A stretch of DNA of 64,000 bases from Flaccisagitta enflata. Lineage: Eukaryota. Shown here piece after piece: positions 1 to 15,437 of this stretch; position 1 is the first letter of the stretch; each line of letters begins with the position of its first letter. Both the position numbers and the translations under genes were made by a program. The notes below the pieces were generated by a model. It was given only the letters and a program-made list of their open reading frames with translations, did no database searches and was not told the DNA's origin. The stretch lies in contig OZ231126.1 of NCBI GenBank assembly GCA_965153355.1, positions 32,798,001 to 32,862,000 of the forward strand, in the 5' to 3' direction.

Positions 1-615
1 TTTTCGATTTTTTTATATTTTGTTTAGGATCAATAAAGGAGTGAATTTATGTTTACCTGAGCATGCAAATACATAAAAAATGTTTTTGAGCACGGCTGCT
101 CATCTCTGAGGGCGTTTTTGAGCATTTTAGCTCATTTAGCTCACTTAGCTCAATCTATTTTTTCTGATTTCAAATACGATAAATGAATAAACATTTTCAT
201 GCTTGTTTAAGCATGCAAATTAAAAAAACATGTCAGTGAGCAGAGCTGCTCACCTGTGAGGTGTTTTTAAGTATTCTAGCTCATTCAGCTCATTTAGCTT
301 GCCCTTTTTCTCTGATTTAAAATAGGATAAATAAATGAATGTTTTGATTTAAGCATGCAAATACAAGAAAGCATATCAGTGAGGAAAGCTGGTTGTCTGG
401 TTGAATCATTTTGAATACTTTAGCTCATCTAGCTCATTTGGCTCAGTTCTATTTTTCTCTGATTTTCAGTGCAATCAATACATACAATTGCTTTTGATTT
501 GATCTAACAGAAAAAAAGAAAAAATTTGGTGACTGAAATCAAAAGCATGGTGAAAAGTGACCAATGCTTACGACTTTTTTCCTCACGGCGACAGCCGCCA
601 TTACTGGTATCTAGA
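1..615. repeat. Tandem ~120-bp units (TTAGCTCATTTAGCTC core), partly repeated at ~2280-2530
   Basis: GCATGCAAAT...GAGCA.GGCTGCTCA..TGAGG...TAGCTCAT recurs three times; CCAATGCTTAC..CTTTTTTCCTCACG..GCCATTACTGGTAT at ~561 and ~2481. Confidence 0.6.
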
Positions 616-2868
616 TGAGGTTTTATTAAAAAAATCAATCTGAATAATGATATTTGTCAAAAAACACATTTGGGTGATATAAATAGACTGATTAATGTAG
701 AAGATAGTGCAACTCTTGAGCTCATAACTCTTTAAATCAATAATGCAAAGAGGTTTTGAGAAAAGATTGCCATAGAAAACTTATGAAGTCAAGTTGGCTT
801 GTAACAGCAGGGATTATCTTGCACATCATAGTTTCATAGCCATATGATTATTTTGCTCATGACCCCTAATCTCTTCATCTCCCAATGAAAAAGTACAGGA
901 AGTATTTTATCCCCAACATTGCCTTTATTTTATAACAAAAAGTGAGGTAAGCAGCGCTCACAAGTGATATCAATCAAAAAGCAAAAAAAAGCACACCTTA
1001 ATATACAAAGCTAATCCCTACAGGTACCACTTGATTTGGTACATTTAGAACTAAAAATTGAACTAGAAAGATTAGAAATAATAGAGATATTTTGTAATGG
1101 CTGTTTTCATAGACCTAATACACTCCCCCCAGTTGCAGACAGGTGGGCTAAGGCAGTGTATTAACAAGGCTGGTTACACAGCTACCCCAGTTGCGTGTGG
1201 GTAGGCAGGAGCAGTGAAAGAAAAGGTCATCGGAGCATTTGGGCAGGAGGGGTTAGCACAAAAAGCTCAAAAACGCCAAAAGAATAAAAAGGGGGTCGAC
1301 CAACCAACCAACCGATGGATAAACAAACAATACAAGGTGGAGTTGCAAAGCATGCAACTAAAAAACTGCTCACATTTTAAAAAAGTTTCTAACAAATAAA
1401 CAGATGGACAGACAGATAGACCAATATAGGAAGTTCTAGAGTTGTGTGTCCGACACTAAAGACATTGTTTATGATGCTATGAGAAATCTGGGGCCTCTTT
1501 AGGAAAACTATGAAGGCGATGAAGGCTTAAGGAAAACTATGAAGGCAAAATATTGTCTAGGACACAGTTATTTTATGACATTCATGGTTTAGTGAGAGCA
1601 TCTTGAATTGATTAAAAAACAATATTGGATGCTTGGCCGGTAAGCATGGGCAAAGGCAATATGACCTTTAAAAAATTCTATAGCCAAATTTGCATCATCC
1701 AAAAAATCAAGCAACTGACTCACAAACATATGAACGTTTATATCGGGTATACATATGCTTACCCAAGATAAAAAATTCACTTTCTTAGCCCAGATTTATG
1801 TCCATTACCTTTAAAAAAGTAGCTGAGCATGTTTAAAAAATATTTCAAAGCCACCATTTCAAGTATCCAGATTTGAGCTGAAGTATCTAAATTTTTCTCC
1901 CAAAAGTATCCAGATTAGTAGCCAGGATCCAGATGCCTTTTCAGGTATCTAGGCACCCTTAAAAAGTATCCAGATCTGGATCCCAAGTATCTAGTTTGGC
2001 GACCGAGCCCGCTACCCCGGAGACGCAGTTCAAATGATCGGGAAAAAGTCGAAATCAGTCGACTTTTATACATATTCCAGAGAAATATGGTTTATATTTT
2101 CTTGCAAGAAAGTTTCGTATTTCATCCGTTTGATGGTGGCATCCAATAAAATTGATAAGATAAGTTAACTTGATAATTCTCTTTCATTTGGTGCCAAGCA
2201 GAATTTTCTATGGCAAATATTTTTCGAGTCATGTTTTTTTAAAGATTTATTTATAAATGAAAAAATCAAATGTAACTTTTCCCAATTCTTTATGATTTAT
2301 GTTGGATAAGAAAAGGAGTGCATCTATGTTTGCATGCGAATATAAGAAAACATGTTTATGAGCACAGCTGCACATCTGTGAGGGTGTTTTTGAGTATTTT
2401 AGCTTATCTAGCTCATTTTGCTGTTCTATCTTTCTCGGATTTTCAATACAATCAATACATCAAGACTTGATGAAAAATTGCCAATGCTTACCACTTTTTT
2501 CCTCACGACAATAGCTGCCATTACTGGTATATACGAGGCTACAGGCACACCTTCGCTTGAGGGCCCGCGGGGATTAGGTAGAGTGGCCCCCGGACGGATT
2601 TTAAAAGATCTACTGCACAGGCAAAGAGAGACTATACATGGACATGTATGCTTGGTGACCAATTACAGTATACGGACGTGAAGAAAAGGGAGAAGAGTAA
2701 CAAGGGAGAATAAAAAGAAAGAGAAGAAAAAAGAAAAAGAAGAAGAATAAGAAGAAGAAGAAAAAGAAGAAGGAGAAGAAGAAGAAGAAGAAGAAAAAGA
2801 AAAAGAAAAAGAAAAAGAAAAAGAAAAAGAAAGAGAAGAAGGAGAAGAAGGAGAAGAAGGAGAAGAAG

Positions 2869-3026
<158 letters not shown>

Positions 3027-4005
3027 GTGTGTGTAAGGCGGACCTCACGGTCGTGACATGAGTCTGTCGGTCGTTGTCATCTTCAACTTTGACCTCTCCA
3101 AGTTTGAGTCATTGAGAAACAAACGCGATACTCGTTAGACGACCATCATTCAACCGCCAACTATGACCCGGGCTTTCCCTCTGTTTTCTCCTCCCTTCTC
3201 TACGTTATCTATCTTTCTCTTTATCTTGACGTCTATCTTTACAACTACAGTTGTACCCTGCTTTAACAGATCCACCACTAACAGAATTCCGCCTGTAATG
3301 GATGCAAATTCATCTTTTTCTTTAACAGCAATAACAGAAGTCCGCCTATAATAGAGAGTAAATTGTCATTCCCCTGAAATCCGTTAGAGTGGGGTTCAAC
3401 TTTATTTATATCTTTGTATTCTTAACAATTGATCGGTAGAGCAGAATTTTGGAGGAGTAAACAGCTATTTTAGATGTCTTTCTGAAACAAAATTGTTTGT
3501 CTGTCTGTCTGCTTGACTTTTTTGAAAGTGCCGACGCACGCGACTTAGGTCTAATGACCTTGTTTCTAAAGAATCTTTTTTTCAGACGTGACCTTGCACC
3601 GCTATAAAAGGGATCTATCCATCTGTCCATCCCTCAACTCATGGAGAAGCAACGGGAGAGCATCGTCGAGGCATGTTTGAATTGAATCAAGGTTCAATTC
3701 ATCAAATTGATATTTGCATCATGCATATATATTGAGACCAACTATTAGAATTCGCGTAGGAGGGATATCAACATTCGATTATTGGAGAGGCGGCGAATAT
3801 TAACGGCAACTCGCACAGAGCTGGCGATGCCTCTGATTTTTCCCATATTGGTAATTCCTCTACTTATTATTTTCCCCCTACTTTTCTTCATCTTGTTGTT
3901 GTTGTTGTTGTTGATCTTCTTCTTCTTCTTCTTCTTCTTCTTCTTCTTCTTCTTTCTTCTTTCTTTCTTCTTCTTTCTCTTCTTTCTTTCTTCTTTCTTC
4001 TCCTT

Positions 4006-4305
4006 GGGCAGCGGCCCCAAGGGGTCGATGACCTATGCTTTCACACATATGGGGAGTTTTCTCCTTCTTCATGTCCGTACCCCCCTCCCCCAGCCTCCAG
4101 GCCCATATCTCAGCCTGGAGGCCCATATCCCAGCCTCCAGGCCCAAATCCCAGTCTTGAGGCCCAAATCCCACCCTCAAGGCCTACATCCCAACCCCAAG
4201 GCCCAGATTCTACTCTCTAGGGATTTGGGCCTCAAGACTGCTCCCTCAACTTCAACCACAACCTACTTCTAAGCAGGGCACGGGCACTGCTGACCATCCA
4301 ACGCT
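4006..4305. mobile_element. Dispersed non-autonomous repeat with ~21-bp GC-rich internal units
   Basis: GGGCAGCGGCCCC..GATGACCTATGCTTTCACACATATGGG end and CCCAGCCTCCAGGCCC units; related copies at ~41870-42185, ~46281-46812 and ~55004-55677. Confidence 0.55.
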
Positions 4306-4309
4306 ATGA

Positions 4310-4358
4310 TATTCTTCTTCTTCTTCTTCTTCTTCTTCTTCTTCTTCTTCTTCTTCTT

Positions 4359-4389
<31 letters not shown>

Positions 4390-4533
4390 TTTTTTCCTAC
4401 TTTTCTGCTGCTTCTTTTTCTTTTTCGTTTTCATCTTCATCATCATCTTCTTCTTCTTCATCATCTTCTCCTTCTTCTCCTTTTTTTCTCCTTCTTCTTT
4501 CTTCTTCTTTCTTCTTTCTCTCTTCTTCTTCTT

Positions 4534-4564
<31 letters not shown>

Positions 4565-4735
4565 TTTTTTCCTACTTTTCTGCTTCTTCTTTTTCTTTTT
4601 CGTTTTCATCTTCATAATCATCTTCTTCTTCTTCATCATCTTCTTCTTCTTCTTCTTCTTCTTCTCCTTCTTCTTCTTCTTCTTCTTCTTCTTCTTCTTC
4701 TTCTTCTTCTTCTTCTTCTTCTTCTTCTTCTTCTT

Positions 4736-4766
<31 letters not shown>

Positions 4767-4868
4767 TTTTTTCCTACTTTTCTGCTTCTTCTTTTTCTTT
4801 TTCGTTTTCATCTTCATCATCATCTTCTTCTTCTTCATCTTCTTCTGCTTCTTCTCCTTCTTCTTCTT

Positions 4869-4899
<31 letters not shown>

Positions 4900-5402
4900 T
4901 TTTTTCCTACTTTTCTGCTTCTTCTTTTTCTTTTTCGTTTTCATCTTCATCATCATCTTCATCTTCTTCATCATCTTCTTCTTCTTCTTCTCCTTCTTCT
5001 CCTTCTTCTCCTTCTCTTCTTCTTCTTCTTCTTCTTCTTCTTCTTCTTCTTCTTCTTCTTCTTCTTCTTCTTCTTCTTCTTCTTCTTCTTCTTTTTTCCT
5101 ACCTTTCTTCTTCTTCTTCTTCTTCTTATTTTTTCCTACCTTTCTGCTTCTTCTTTTTCTTTTTCTTTTTCTTTTTCGTTTTCATCATCATGATCATCAT
5201 CTTCTTCTTCTTCTCCTTCTCCTTCTTCTCCTTCTCTTCTTTTTCTTCTTCTCGGAACTTCCCCCATATTTCCCCAGTATCTTCTTCTTCTTCTTCTTCT
5301 CTTTTCTTCTCTCTTCTTCTTCTTCTTCTTCTTCTTCTTCTTCTTCTTCTTCTTCTTCTTCTTTCTTTCTTCTTCTTTCTTCTTCTTTCATCTTCATCTT
5401 CT

Positions 5403-5434
<32 letters not shown>

Positions 5435-5475
5435 TTCTTCTTCTTTTTCTTTTTCTTCTTCTTCTTCTTCTTCTC
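4310..5475. repeat. Compound (CTT)n region with higher-order repeat units
   Basis: Recurrent TTATTTTTTCCTACTTTTCTGCTTCTTC...TTCGTTTTCATCTTCAT blocks separated by CTT runs; mirrored at ~40755-41870. Confidence 0.85.
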
Positions 5476-5939
5476 TTAAGTCGACGTTTCATTTTCCGCA
5501 TGGATACTTCAAGTCGTCGTCGTCATCAGCGCGGAACCGAGTTTCAAGTTGCGTTTCATAAAAACTTGATTACAGTTGCGAACGTAAACAAGGAAACGAA
5601 GAAGGTGTGGCTCATCGAAAGTCAGAAGTGTTCGTAACTTAAAGATATTGATTAAAAGTCCACAAAAATATGGTTGTTGTTGCTGTTGTTGTTGAGCGCG
5701 AGCGGGAAAAGAAAAAAAAAGGAAAGCAATGAAAAAAGACACAAAATGGCGTCTTCGAGGAATGAAAAAACATGAGAAACGAAGAAAAAACTGTTTACTT
5801 TGCGACTGTTTGTTGTTTCTCGTCGTGCTTCCGTTCACTCGTATTGTTTGTTGGGTGTTATTATTGTTTTATGGAGGACTTTTTAGTTTTGTTGATAAAG
5901 AAGTTCTCCGTCAACCACGTTTGTTGTTTGAGAGAGAGA

Positions 5940-6143
<204 letters not shown>

Positions 6144-6725
6144 CACTTATGTCTCTCATTCATGAATGGTCCAGATGTTCAGTTCATATTTTCTTACGCT
6201 CTTTTCCGCCATCTGTCCTACAATACCTTGTCCTTCTTTTACGTATTGATGGCGTGCAATTTTCGGTCGGTCGGTCGGTCTAACAGTATGACTGATGAAC
6301 ATGCTAAAATATGAAATACAAATGAGAATACAACGGCGTGTTCGTTTAGAAGAAAAAACAAGCAAACTGTTTTTAATTTGACAAATGTCCCCATCAGTTT
6401 TATCTCTCAGATTTCGCCCGCACATTTCTTTTACAACTTTGCCCATTAAGTCTTTTTTTCAAGGATGATTTTCGAAAAGAAAACGAAAAAGAAATGGAAA
6501 GCGTTTATAGTATGGTGGAGAGACATGGAAGCTTGGAGTCTAAAACAAAGGGGTATCATAAAACAGGACCGACAAGCAGACAGACGGACGGACGATTGGA
6601 CGGACAAGACCTCTCATAGATTTGCTCCGACGCACGTAAAAGTGAACCAGTGGTGACAGATTTGGAGAGAAATATATGTTTGTCATGAATAGGATAAAAA
6701 GCGGTGTAAAATCATAGATGTAGAA

Positions 6726-7631
6726 AACAAGGCCAACACCTATAAGTCGCGTGCGAGACAAAGATAACTGAATTGACCTGACTCCTTATTGTATCACTTT
6801 AACCTAATCCAGACTTAAACCAAACTGGTTCAGACTTAAAAACCAGACTTAAACCAGACTTAAACCAGAGACTAAAACCAGACTTAAACCAGACTTAAAC
6901 CAGACTTAAACCAGACTCAAACTAGACTCAACCCAAACTCAAACCAAACTCAAACCAGACTCAAACCAGACTCAAACCAGACTCAAACCAGACTTAAACC
7001 AGACTTAAACCAGACTTAAACCAGACTTAAACCAGACCTGAACCAGACTTAAACCAGACTTAAACCAGACATACAAACCAGACTTAAAAACCAGACTTAA
7101 ACCAGAAAAACCAGACTTTAACCAGACTTAAACCAGACTTAAACCAGACTTAGAAACAGACTTAAACCAGACCTAAACCAGACCTTAACCAGACCTTATC
7201 CAGACCTTAAACCAGACTTAAGCCATACTTAAACCAGACTTATACCAGACCTTAACCAAACTTAAACTAGATCTAAACCAGACTAATAACAACGTAAAAC
7301 TGCAAAAAAGCTTAGTGCTATGGACTTGGAATGACCTTTAGTGACTCAGAATGACTTATAGAGACTCAGAATGAGTAAGAATGACTCAAAATGACTTAAA
7401 ATGATGTAAAATGACAAAAAATGTCAAAGATTGCAATCGTAAAAAAGTGATTTAGAATGACTTAGAATGACTTAGAATAACTTAGAATGACTTAGAATGA
7501 CTAAATATGACTTAAAATGACTTAAGATGACCTAAAATGACTATAGACGATACAAAAAGCAAAGTGTTACGGACGAACCGACCGACGGACCGACCGGCAG
7601 AGGTAAGTCATAGAGTCGCGTGCACGCGACT
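6726..7631 (-). mobile_element. Non-autonomous Helentron/HINE (DINE-1-like) element with internal minisatellites
   Basis: One end has the palindrome AGTCGCGTGCACGCGACT next to (GACC/GACG)n, the other AACAAGGCCAACACCTATAAGTCGCGTGCG; interior is an 11-bp (AAACCAGACTT)n array at ~6807-7285 and a 10-bp (AATGACTTAG)n array. Family assignment is inferred from architecture. Confidence 0.6.
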
Positions 7632-7871
7632 GACAATGATAAAGAAGTGTGGTTGCCATTTATCAAAGTTGATTCTTGTTGGAAAGAGGCAGCCAAAGTA
7701 TTTCATGTTTTGAACTAGTGAACGACAAAATAAAAGGCGGATATTACTCTAATACTACTCGGGCGAGGAACAAATTTGCAACAAGCACATAACTACTCCC
7801 AGACGTACAGTACATCGCTGTAACCATCGACATTTAGGCTATCCGTTTTTGTATCCATCTATCCGTCTATG

Positions 7872-9752
<1,881 letters not shown>

Positions 9753-9978
9753 AACGATAATGTCTTTGTATCATGTCAGATATGTACATGTATTTGCTTC
9801 AGATACGAAAGAAATTTGGTTCTTGCCTATTTTCCTTCATTCTATTTTCTGTCCTTTGGCCAAAATACGCGGAGAGCAACGGAATAAATCATGCATTTTT
9901 ATTAATCAACAATAGGAAATATACTGACTCTATAACTATTATGTTTTTTCTCCATTTCTCTCCCTTTGACATTTACAG

Positions 9979-10068
9979 ACATAGATCTGCAACAAGTTCA
10001 AATAGACGTGACCGACGTAAACGACGAGGTGCCGGTCTTCGTGAACGAACCAAAGCCCTTCCAAGCAG
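9979..10068 (+). CDS. CadN-like: Classical cadherin (DN-cadherin/type III-like), internal exon 1 of 8 seen
   Basis: tttacAG|AC...GCAG|GTatga; phase 1-1; encodes (D)IDLQQVQIDVTDVNDEVPVFVNEPKPFQA with the DxNDxxPxF cadherin linker. Confidence 0.9.
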
Positions 10069-11086
10069 GTATGACGCACTGAAAATTACCATAGAATTTG
10101 CGACCCGAGCTAGACAAGTCATGAAATCTATAAAATGAAATTTGATGACAATTTTTGTTTTTATGTTCTCAATCAAACTGTAAACAGGTATATTTTGCAT
10201 GAATTGACTTGCATATGCCAGTTTTAAACCCCAATCCTTTATTTTACAGCTGAAGAAATATGCGAAATACATTGGAAAACTTCTTTTGTCATTATACCAT
10301 AGCTCATTGAAAATTTTAAATTTGCATAGAAAATCAGAATATCAACAAAACAAGAACATAGCGATGATTCCTAAAATATAAACTGAGGGCGCTATGTTCT
10401 TATTTTAATGATTTTTGGATTTCTTATGCAAATTTAAAATTTTCAGTGAGCAGTTGCTGAAATGATTGTTATTTTTTTTTTCACTTTTTAGTCTCTTCAG
10501 AATCGAATTTCCTTCAATCTTTTAGTATGTTTGTCATTTGACAGTGACAAATCGGTTTTCTCATGCAAGTTTACACATTTAAGTACAAAAAAATAAACAC
10601 AAGCATTGACCTAAGCAAAATTAGTAAAATGAATAGTAACTTTGTCCTCTGGGTAAATTCCTCTTACTTTAATTTCAGTGCGTCGTATAAACCCTTTGAT
10701 TGATTGATCCCTTTCTTGGGGAAAAATACAAATCAAAACTTTTTTTCATCATTGCTTAGTGGATAGTGTTTACTGCCTCGTGGATGATGTTTATTGACTT
10801 GTTTATTGTTTTGATTTTGTTTTGACCAGTTGCTTCGCCCACCACCGATACTGTTTAAATCGGTGTATTGTTGTCATGTTGTTATGACGACCAGATGTTT
10901 TACTCACCGCCGATTCTACTTATTGATTAACATTTTGTTGTGATTTTTTTGTGACCAGTTGTTTCGCCCACCGCCGATTCTACTCATTGATTAACATTTT
11001 GTTGTGATTTTGTTTTGATCAGTTGTTTTGCCCACCGCCGTGACTGTTCATTGATTAACATTTTGTTGTGATTTTGTTTTGACCAG

Positions 11087-11182
11087 TTGTTTCGCCCACC
11101 GCCGATGCCGGGACGGAAGTCTTCCGCCTGGTCGCTACAGATCCTGACACCAAGTCTCAAATCCGATACCGGCTTGATGTGG
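11087..11182 (+). CDS. CadN-like: Cadherin exon 2
   Basis: gaccAG|TT...GTGG|GTAAGT; (V)VSPTADAGTEVFRLVATDPDTKSQIRYRLDV with AxDxD motif; phase matches neighbours. Confidence 0.9.
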
Positions 11183-11435
11183 GTAAGTGAAAAGCACATG
11201 TGGGTGGGTGATCAGAGGGCTAGCTTTGATGTGGGTAAGTAAAAAGCTAATGTGGGTGAATGATGCACTTGATGTGGGTAAGTGACAAGCACCTGTGGGT
11301 GAGTAATGGACTTGATGTGGGTGAGTCACGGCCTTGATGTGGGTAAGTGAACAGAGGAATGGCTTTGATGTGGGTAAGTGAAACGCTCATGTGAGCAAAT
11401 GACAGCGAGCAGGGCAAATAAAACTGCCTCACTGC

Positions 11436-11504
<69 letters not shown>

Positions 11505-11700
11505 AGAATAGAAACATCAAAGTAGAAAAGAGGAATGAAAAAAAAAATGAAAAAAAAAAAGTTTTAAAAAAGGCAGTAGAGGAAAGGAGAGAGAGAGAAA
11601 GCTTATGGAGAGGGTCTCACGCTTTCTGTGCCCCTTGAGGCCTGATAGTGCAGAAATGAAATTGGCAATTGGTCTCTTTTTTCCTTTGCTCTTCTGACAG

Positions 11701-11798
11701 GTGACCCAGATGGTCGATTTATGGTCGACCAAATTACTGGGTCAGTTATGACCAAAAAATCGGACCCTTTCCCCGTCGACAAGGAATACACTCTCAGA
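11701..11798 (+). CDS. CadN-like: Cadherin exon 3
   Basis: ctgacAG|GT...AGA|GTAAGT; (G)DPDGRFMVDQITGSVMTKKSDPFPVDKEYTLR. Confidence 0.9.
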
Positions 11799-14582
11799 GT
11801 AAGTCTTTTCTCGTTTTTTTTCTCTTATTTCTTTCTATTCCGTAGATTGAAAACGAATTCTTTCCATCTTTGGGATTCACAAAACAATTGTTTGCATATT
11901 GTAGCTTTAGTTTTTTACCTGTTATCATGTCTTCTTTGACTAGAGCTGAACCGGTGCCCTAAAATACAAGATTTAATCACGACATTCAAATTTTTCGTGA
12001 GTACTTGTGAATAGGATCAAGCAACATTAAACGAAGTAAAAAGTATTCTACATTTAAAAATTGTGTGTTGAAATATCAGCACATTTTTATTCAATATTTA
12101 CTTTAAATTCATGAAAGCTTCCTCTTCGAGCGACCGTTATTTTCATCGCCTCCCGTGGCAAATACCCTGCACACACATCTGGCAACGGTGACCTGGCCCA
12201 CACGGCCGATCTTGTGTCGTTGCGTACCTGTACGGGAACTGGTACCGAGGGATGCGGCCGATGGGTTCCTGTTTTCTGGAAAATGTCCCTTAATTAAGGT
12301 CCGGTGTCCTGTTTAACAAACGGATGGATCTCCGGATGTCTCTCCATCCACCCATTTGACCACCAACATCGATCTTTTGATCAGGTCGACAGCACCTTTG
12401 CAGCCGCTCCCCCTCTAATCACTGCATCACCTCAATTTCTCACTGCGCGATAACGGGTACCGCTGACCTTCTAACGCCTTCGCGTAGAATTGAGCCACTT
12501 TCAGTAACAATAAAGCACTTTTAGAAAATTGATAAATTCACTATTCAGTAAATAAAGTATGAGATAGCGGATAGACTGAGGTCGACATTTGCCTTTTCAT
12601 CTCGCGTTTATGACTTGATTGAAAACTATATGTGTATCTCATTTCCGCCTACGTGTTCACTAACTCGATTAGTCAATCAAGTAAGAACGGCTTCTTGCAT
12701 ATTGATTAAAAAAAAAAAAAGAAAAAAAAATCTGTGCTAGGAAATTGACGCGCACGAGAACGAAAAGGAACAAGTGATGCGGGGTCACAATATCGTTGCG
12801 GACGAGTGGGCAGGGGCATACAACCCTCATCCATACCCTCCCCCATTCCATGCTCACCCATAAACATAAACAATCATAACTGCAGCATTTTAATTACTCG
12901 TTTTCACACTTTTCCACTTGATCACCATGGACCGACAGATGGACGGACAAAGCCTCTTACAGAGTTGCGTGTCCACAAATAAAAAAAAAAGAAAAACTAA
13001 AGCTGCGGGGGCAGGAAAGTCGTGATTATACTAAAATATAGAACAATTGTTCGCAATTGTCTGATGGATTAATTTGAACGCCCGGTCGGTCGGATGAGTG
13101 GAGGAACAAGGAGCTTCGCTTTTTACTCTACTCAACGTGACAGCGAGTCAAACCGTTTTTGGCTTTTAGCGAAATGACACAAAGATTTCACAAATCAATT
13201 TTGCCGATTGGATTTTTGGTACCAACAAATCTGATTGGCGACAGTCACTTAATAGTAAAATGAAAAACAGAGACTCGACTGGTCTATTTCATTGTTACCT
13301 TGCAACCGAATGCGAGCGTTGAAGCAAACATTTCATTATTAAATGGAATGGATTCATGGATTGCAATCTGAAATATAAAACATTCGGCACAGATTAGCAG
13401 AATGGCGCATTTCAATATTGGGTGATAAAATTTTAACTTCATGGTGATGGTAGGTTCATGGCAAATAAGAGTTCAAAACTATGGCATCTTAAATGCGCGT
13501 TTTCACATTTTTTAAAAAGACTCGATCATCACGGTCGGACGAGCCTATGGTCGGACAAAGCCTCTCCTAGACTCGCAGACGAAAAGGCAGACAGACACAC
13601 TTGTATCTGGGCTTGCCTACGATGAAACAAGACTTTCATGAAGCTCAATAATTAAAGGCGTTTTGAAGACTACAGTTAGAATCGGTTTGCATATTGCGAT
13701 ATTTCGTTTATACGTGGTCACAAGATTCTCTCTATTTCTTATCATTAATGTACTTATATTAAGTCGTGAAAGACAAATGCCTAGAAAAACATTTAGAATG
13801 AGAAACATTTCTAAAAATTGTGTCTTTTGGATTGATTTCTCCATTCATCAGTGCGACTTTGTGAAGTATTAACGGATGTATATTGATGAAAAAATTTTTT
13901 TGGTGAATATCACCATCTCCGCTGTGTTATATTCAGCGACACATTTCTCTCAGGTGCCCCCGGCCGCATACCTATACTAAGGCCAACTAAGGGGCGCCAC
14001 TCCATCTGTGGGACTAAAACTATGCCCGGCAGCTTGCTCAAGCTGGTAAGAGACGGTGCTACGGGAAATTCGGCGCTTTGATTGTAGCGACTAGGGAGCA
14101 ATGGGCAGAAGACCAGGTTGTCTCTAGTAAATAAAGAACCGCGATGGTCAAAACTGATGAAACCATTTTTTGGAAACTTCCAACTCTTAGTTTTCAGCCG
14201 AGGACATCGATGCTCCTGATTGAGGCGCAAATTTACCAAAAAAACACGCTAGATGGTGACAAAAAAGTTTAAAAAGGAGTCAGTACTCAGAAATCGAGCG
14301 GCGTCATACAGAAATCAGACCCATTCAATGTAGAAATCATGAAATTTCCTTTTGGGGCAGCGGTAGTCTGTTAGGTATCTGCCGAGACTGTCAATGCTCC
14401 AGGTGCAAGTGGCGACATTAAAAAAAAGACATGAATATAGACATCATGAAGTTTCAATATCTGTCTATTACTAAAAGTATTAGGTGTCTGCCGAGGACGT
14501 CAATAGTCTAGGCTCAAGAGAAAAAATATGCTAATTGCAAAGTATGCTTTAGTTCATGACTTTTCCCCTTTTTGTCCTTTAG

Positions 14583-14737
14583 GTGTCTGCCGAGGACGTC
14601 AATGCTCCTGGTTCGAGTGGCGACTCGCAGCGGACGAAAACCGAAACACTCTCCATCAAAGTCGGCGATCGACCGCCTCAATTCTTCCTCGACAAATATC
14701 GAGTCCACGTGCCCGAATCAGCAGCACCCAATTTCAA
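14583..14737 (+). CDS. CadN-like: Cadherin exon 4
   Basis: cctttAG|GTG...AA|GTGAGT; VSAEDVNAPGSSGDSQRTKTETLSIKVGDRPPQFFLDKYRVHVPESAAPNF(N). Confidence 0.9.
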
Positions 14738-15437
14738 GTGAGTAAGAGAGAGAGAGAGACAGAGAGAGACAGAGAGAGAAATGGACAGAGATGGACAGAC
14801 TGACGACTGTATGAAAATAAAGGTATAGCGGAAAAGAGACCGAAGTACTTTGGGGCAAAAAGGCGGAATTGATTTGACAGAAAAGGCCTTTAGACACCAT
14901 GAAAGAATTAAGTTGGTTAGAAATTAAACTCTGTGACAAGTATTGTTCTCTCCAATATATCAAAAGCGATCTTATCAACCGTCCTTCCAGCCTCCCCTTT
15001 TTTTCAATATTGCCCCCATAGATTTCTGTCTATTTCTAGAATTCTATAATCTATATGTATAATTTATCGTTTTCCACTTGCTGCGCAAATTGTCCCCCGA
15101 GTTCATAAACTTCACCGCACCCCCTTTCCTGAACCATCTCTTTGCTAACCTTGGGAAATTGTTAGTAGCGGACACGCGACTCTACACCTTGCCGTGTCCG
15201 TCGGTCCCTGGGTCAGTCCCTCCGTCCGTCCCGTAACATTTTTGAATTCCGAGTGGTTTTCGCACTACTGCTCCAGCCCAACCGTCCGCGACTGTATTGC
15301 CGTATATCCGGCCTTGTTTTTGCTGTACCCTCGTATTATAATCAGAATGTCTGTTTTAATCGCGGACATGCGACGTAATGTCTTGTTTTGTCAGTAGGTC
15401 TGTCGGTTGATGGGTCTGTCGATTACATTTTTGAATT

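Noticed and set aside
5729-5930. MKKDTKWRLRGMKKHEKRRKNCLLCDCLLFLVVLPF... as a possible signal-peptide first exon of the cadherin
   Set aside because: No convincing donor in the needed phase, frameshifted between arms, and exon 1 starts at the end of a cadherin repeat so additional coding exons would be required.
11173-11385. Repeat-spacer pattern resembling a CRISPR array
   Set aside because: Eukaryotic intron, repeats are short degenerate splice-donor copies with very short irregular spacers, no cas genes.
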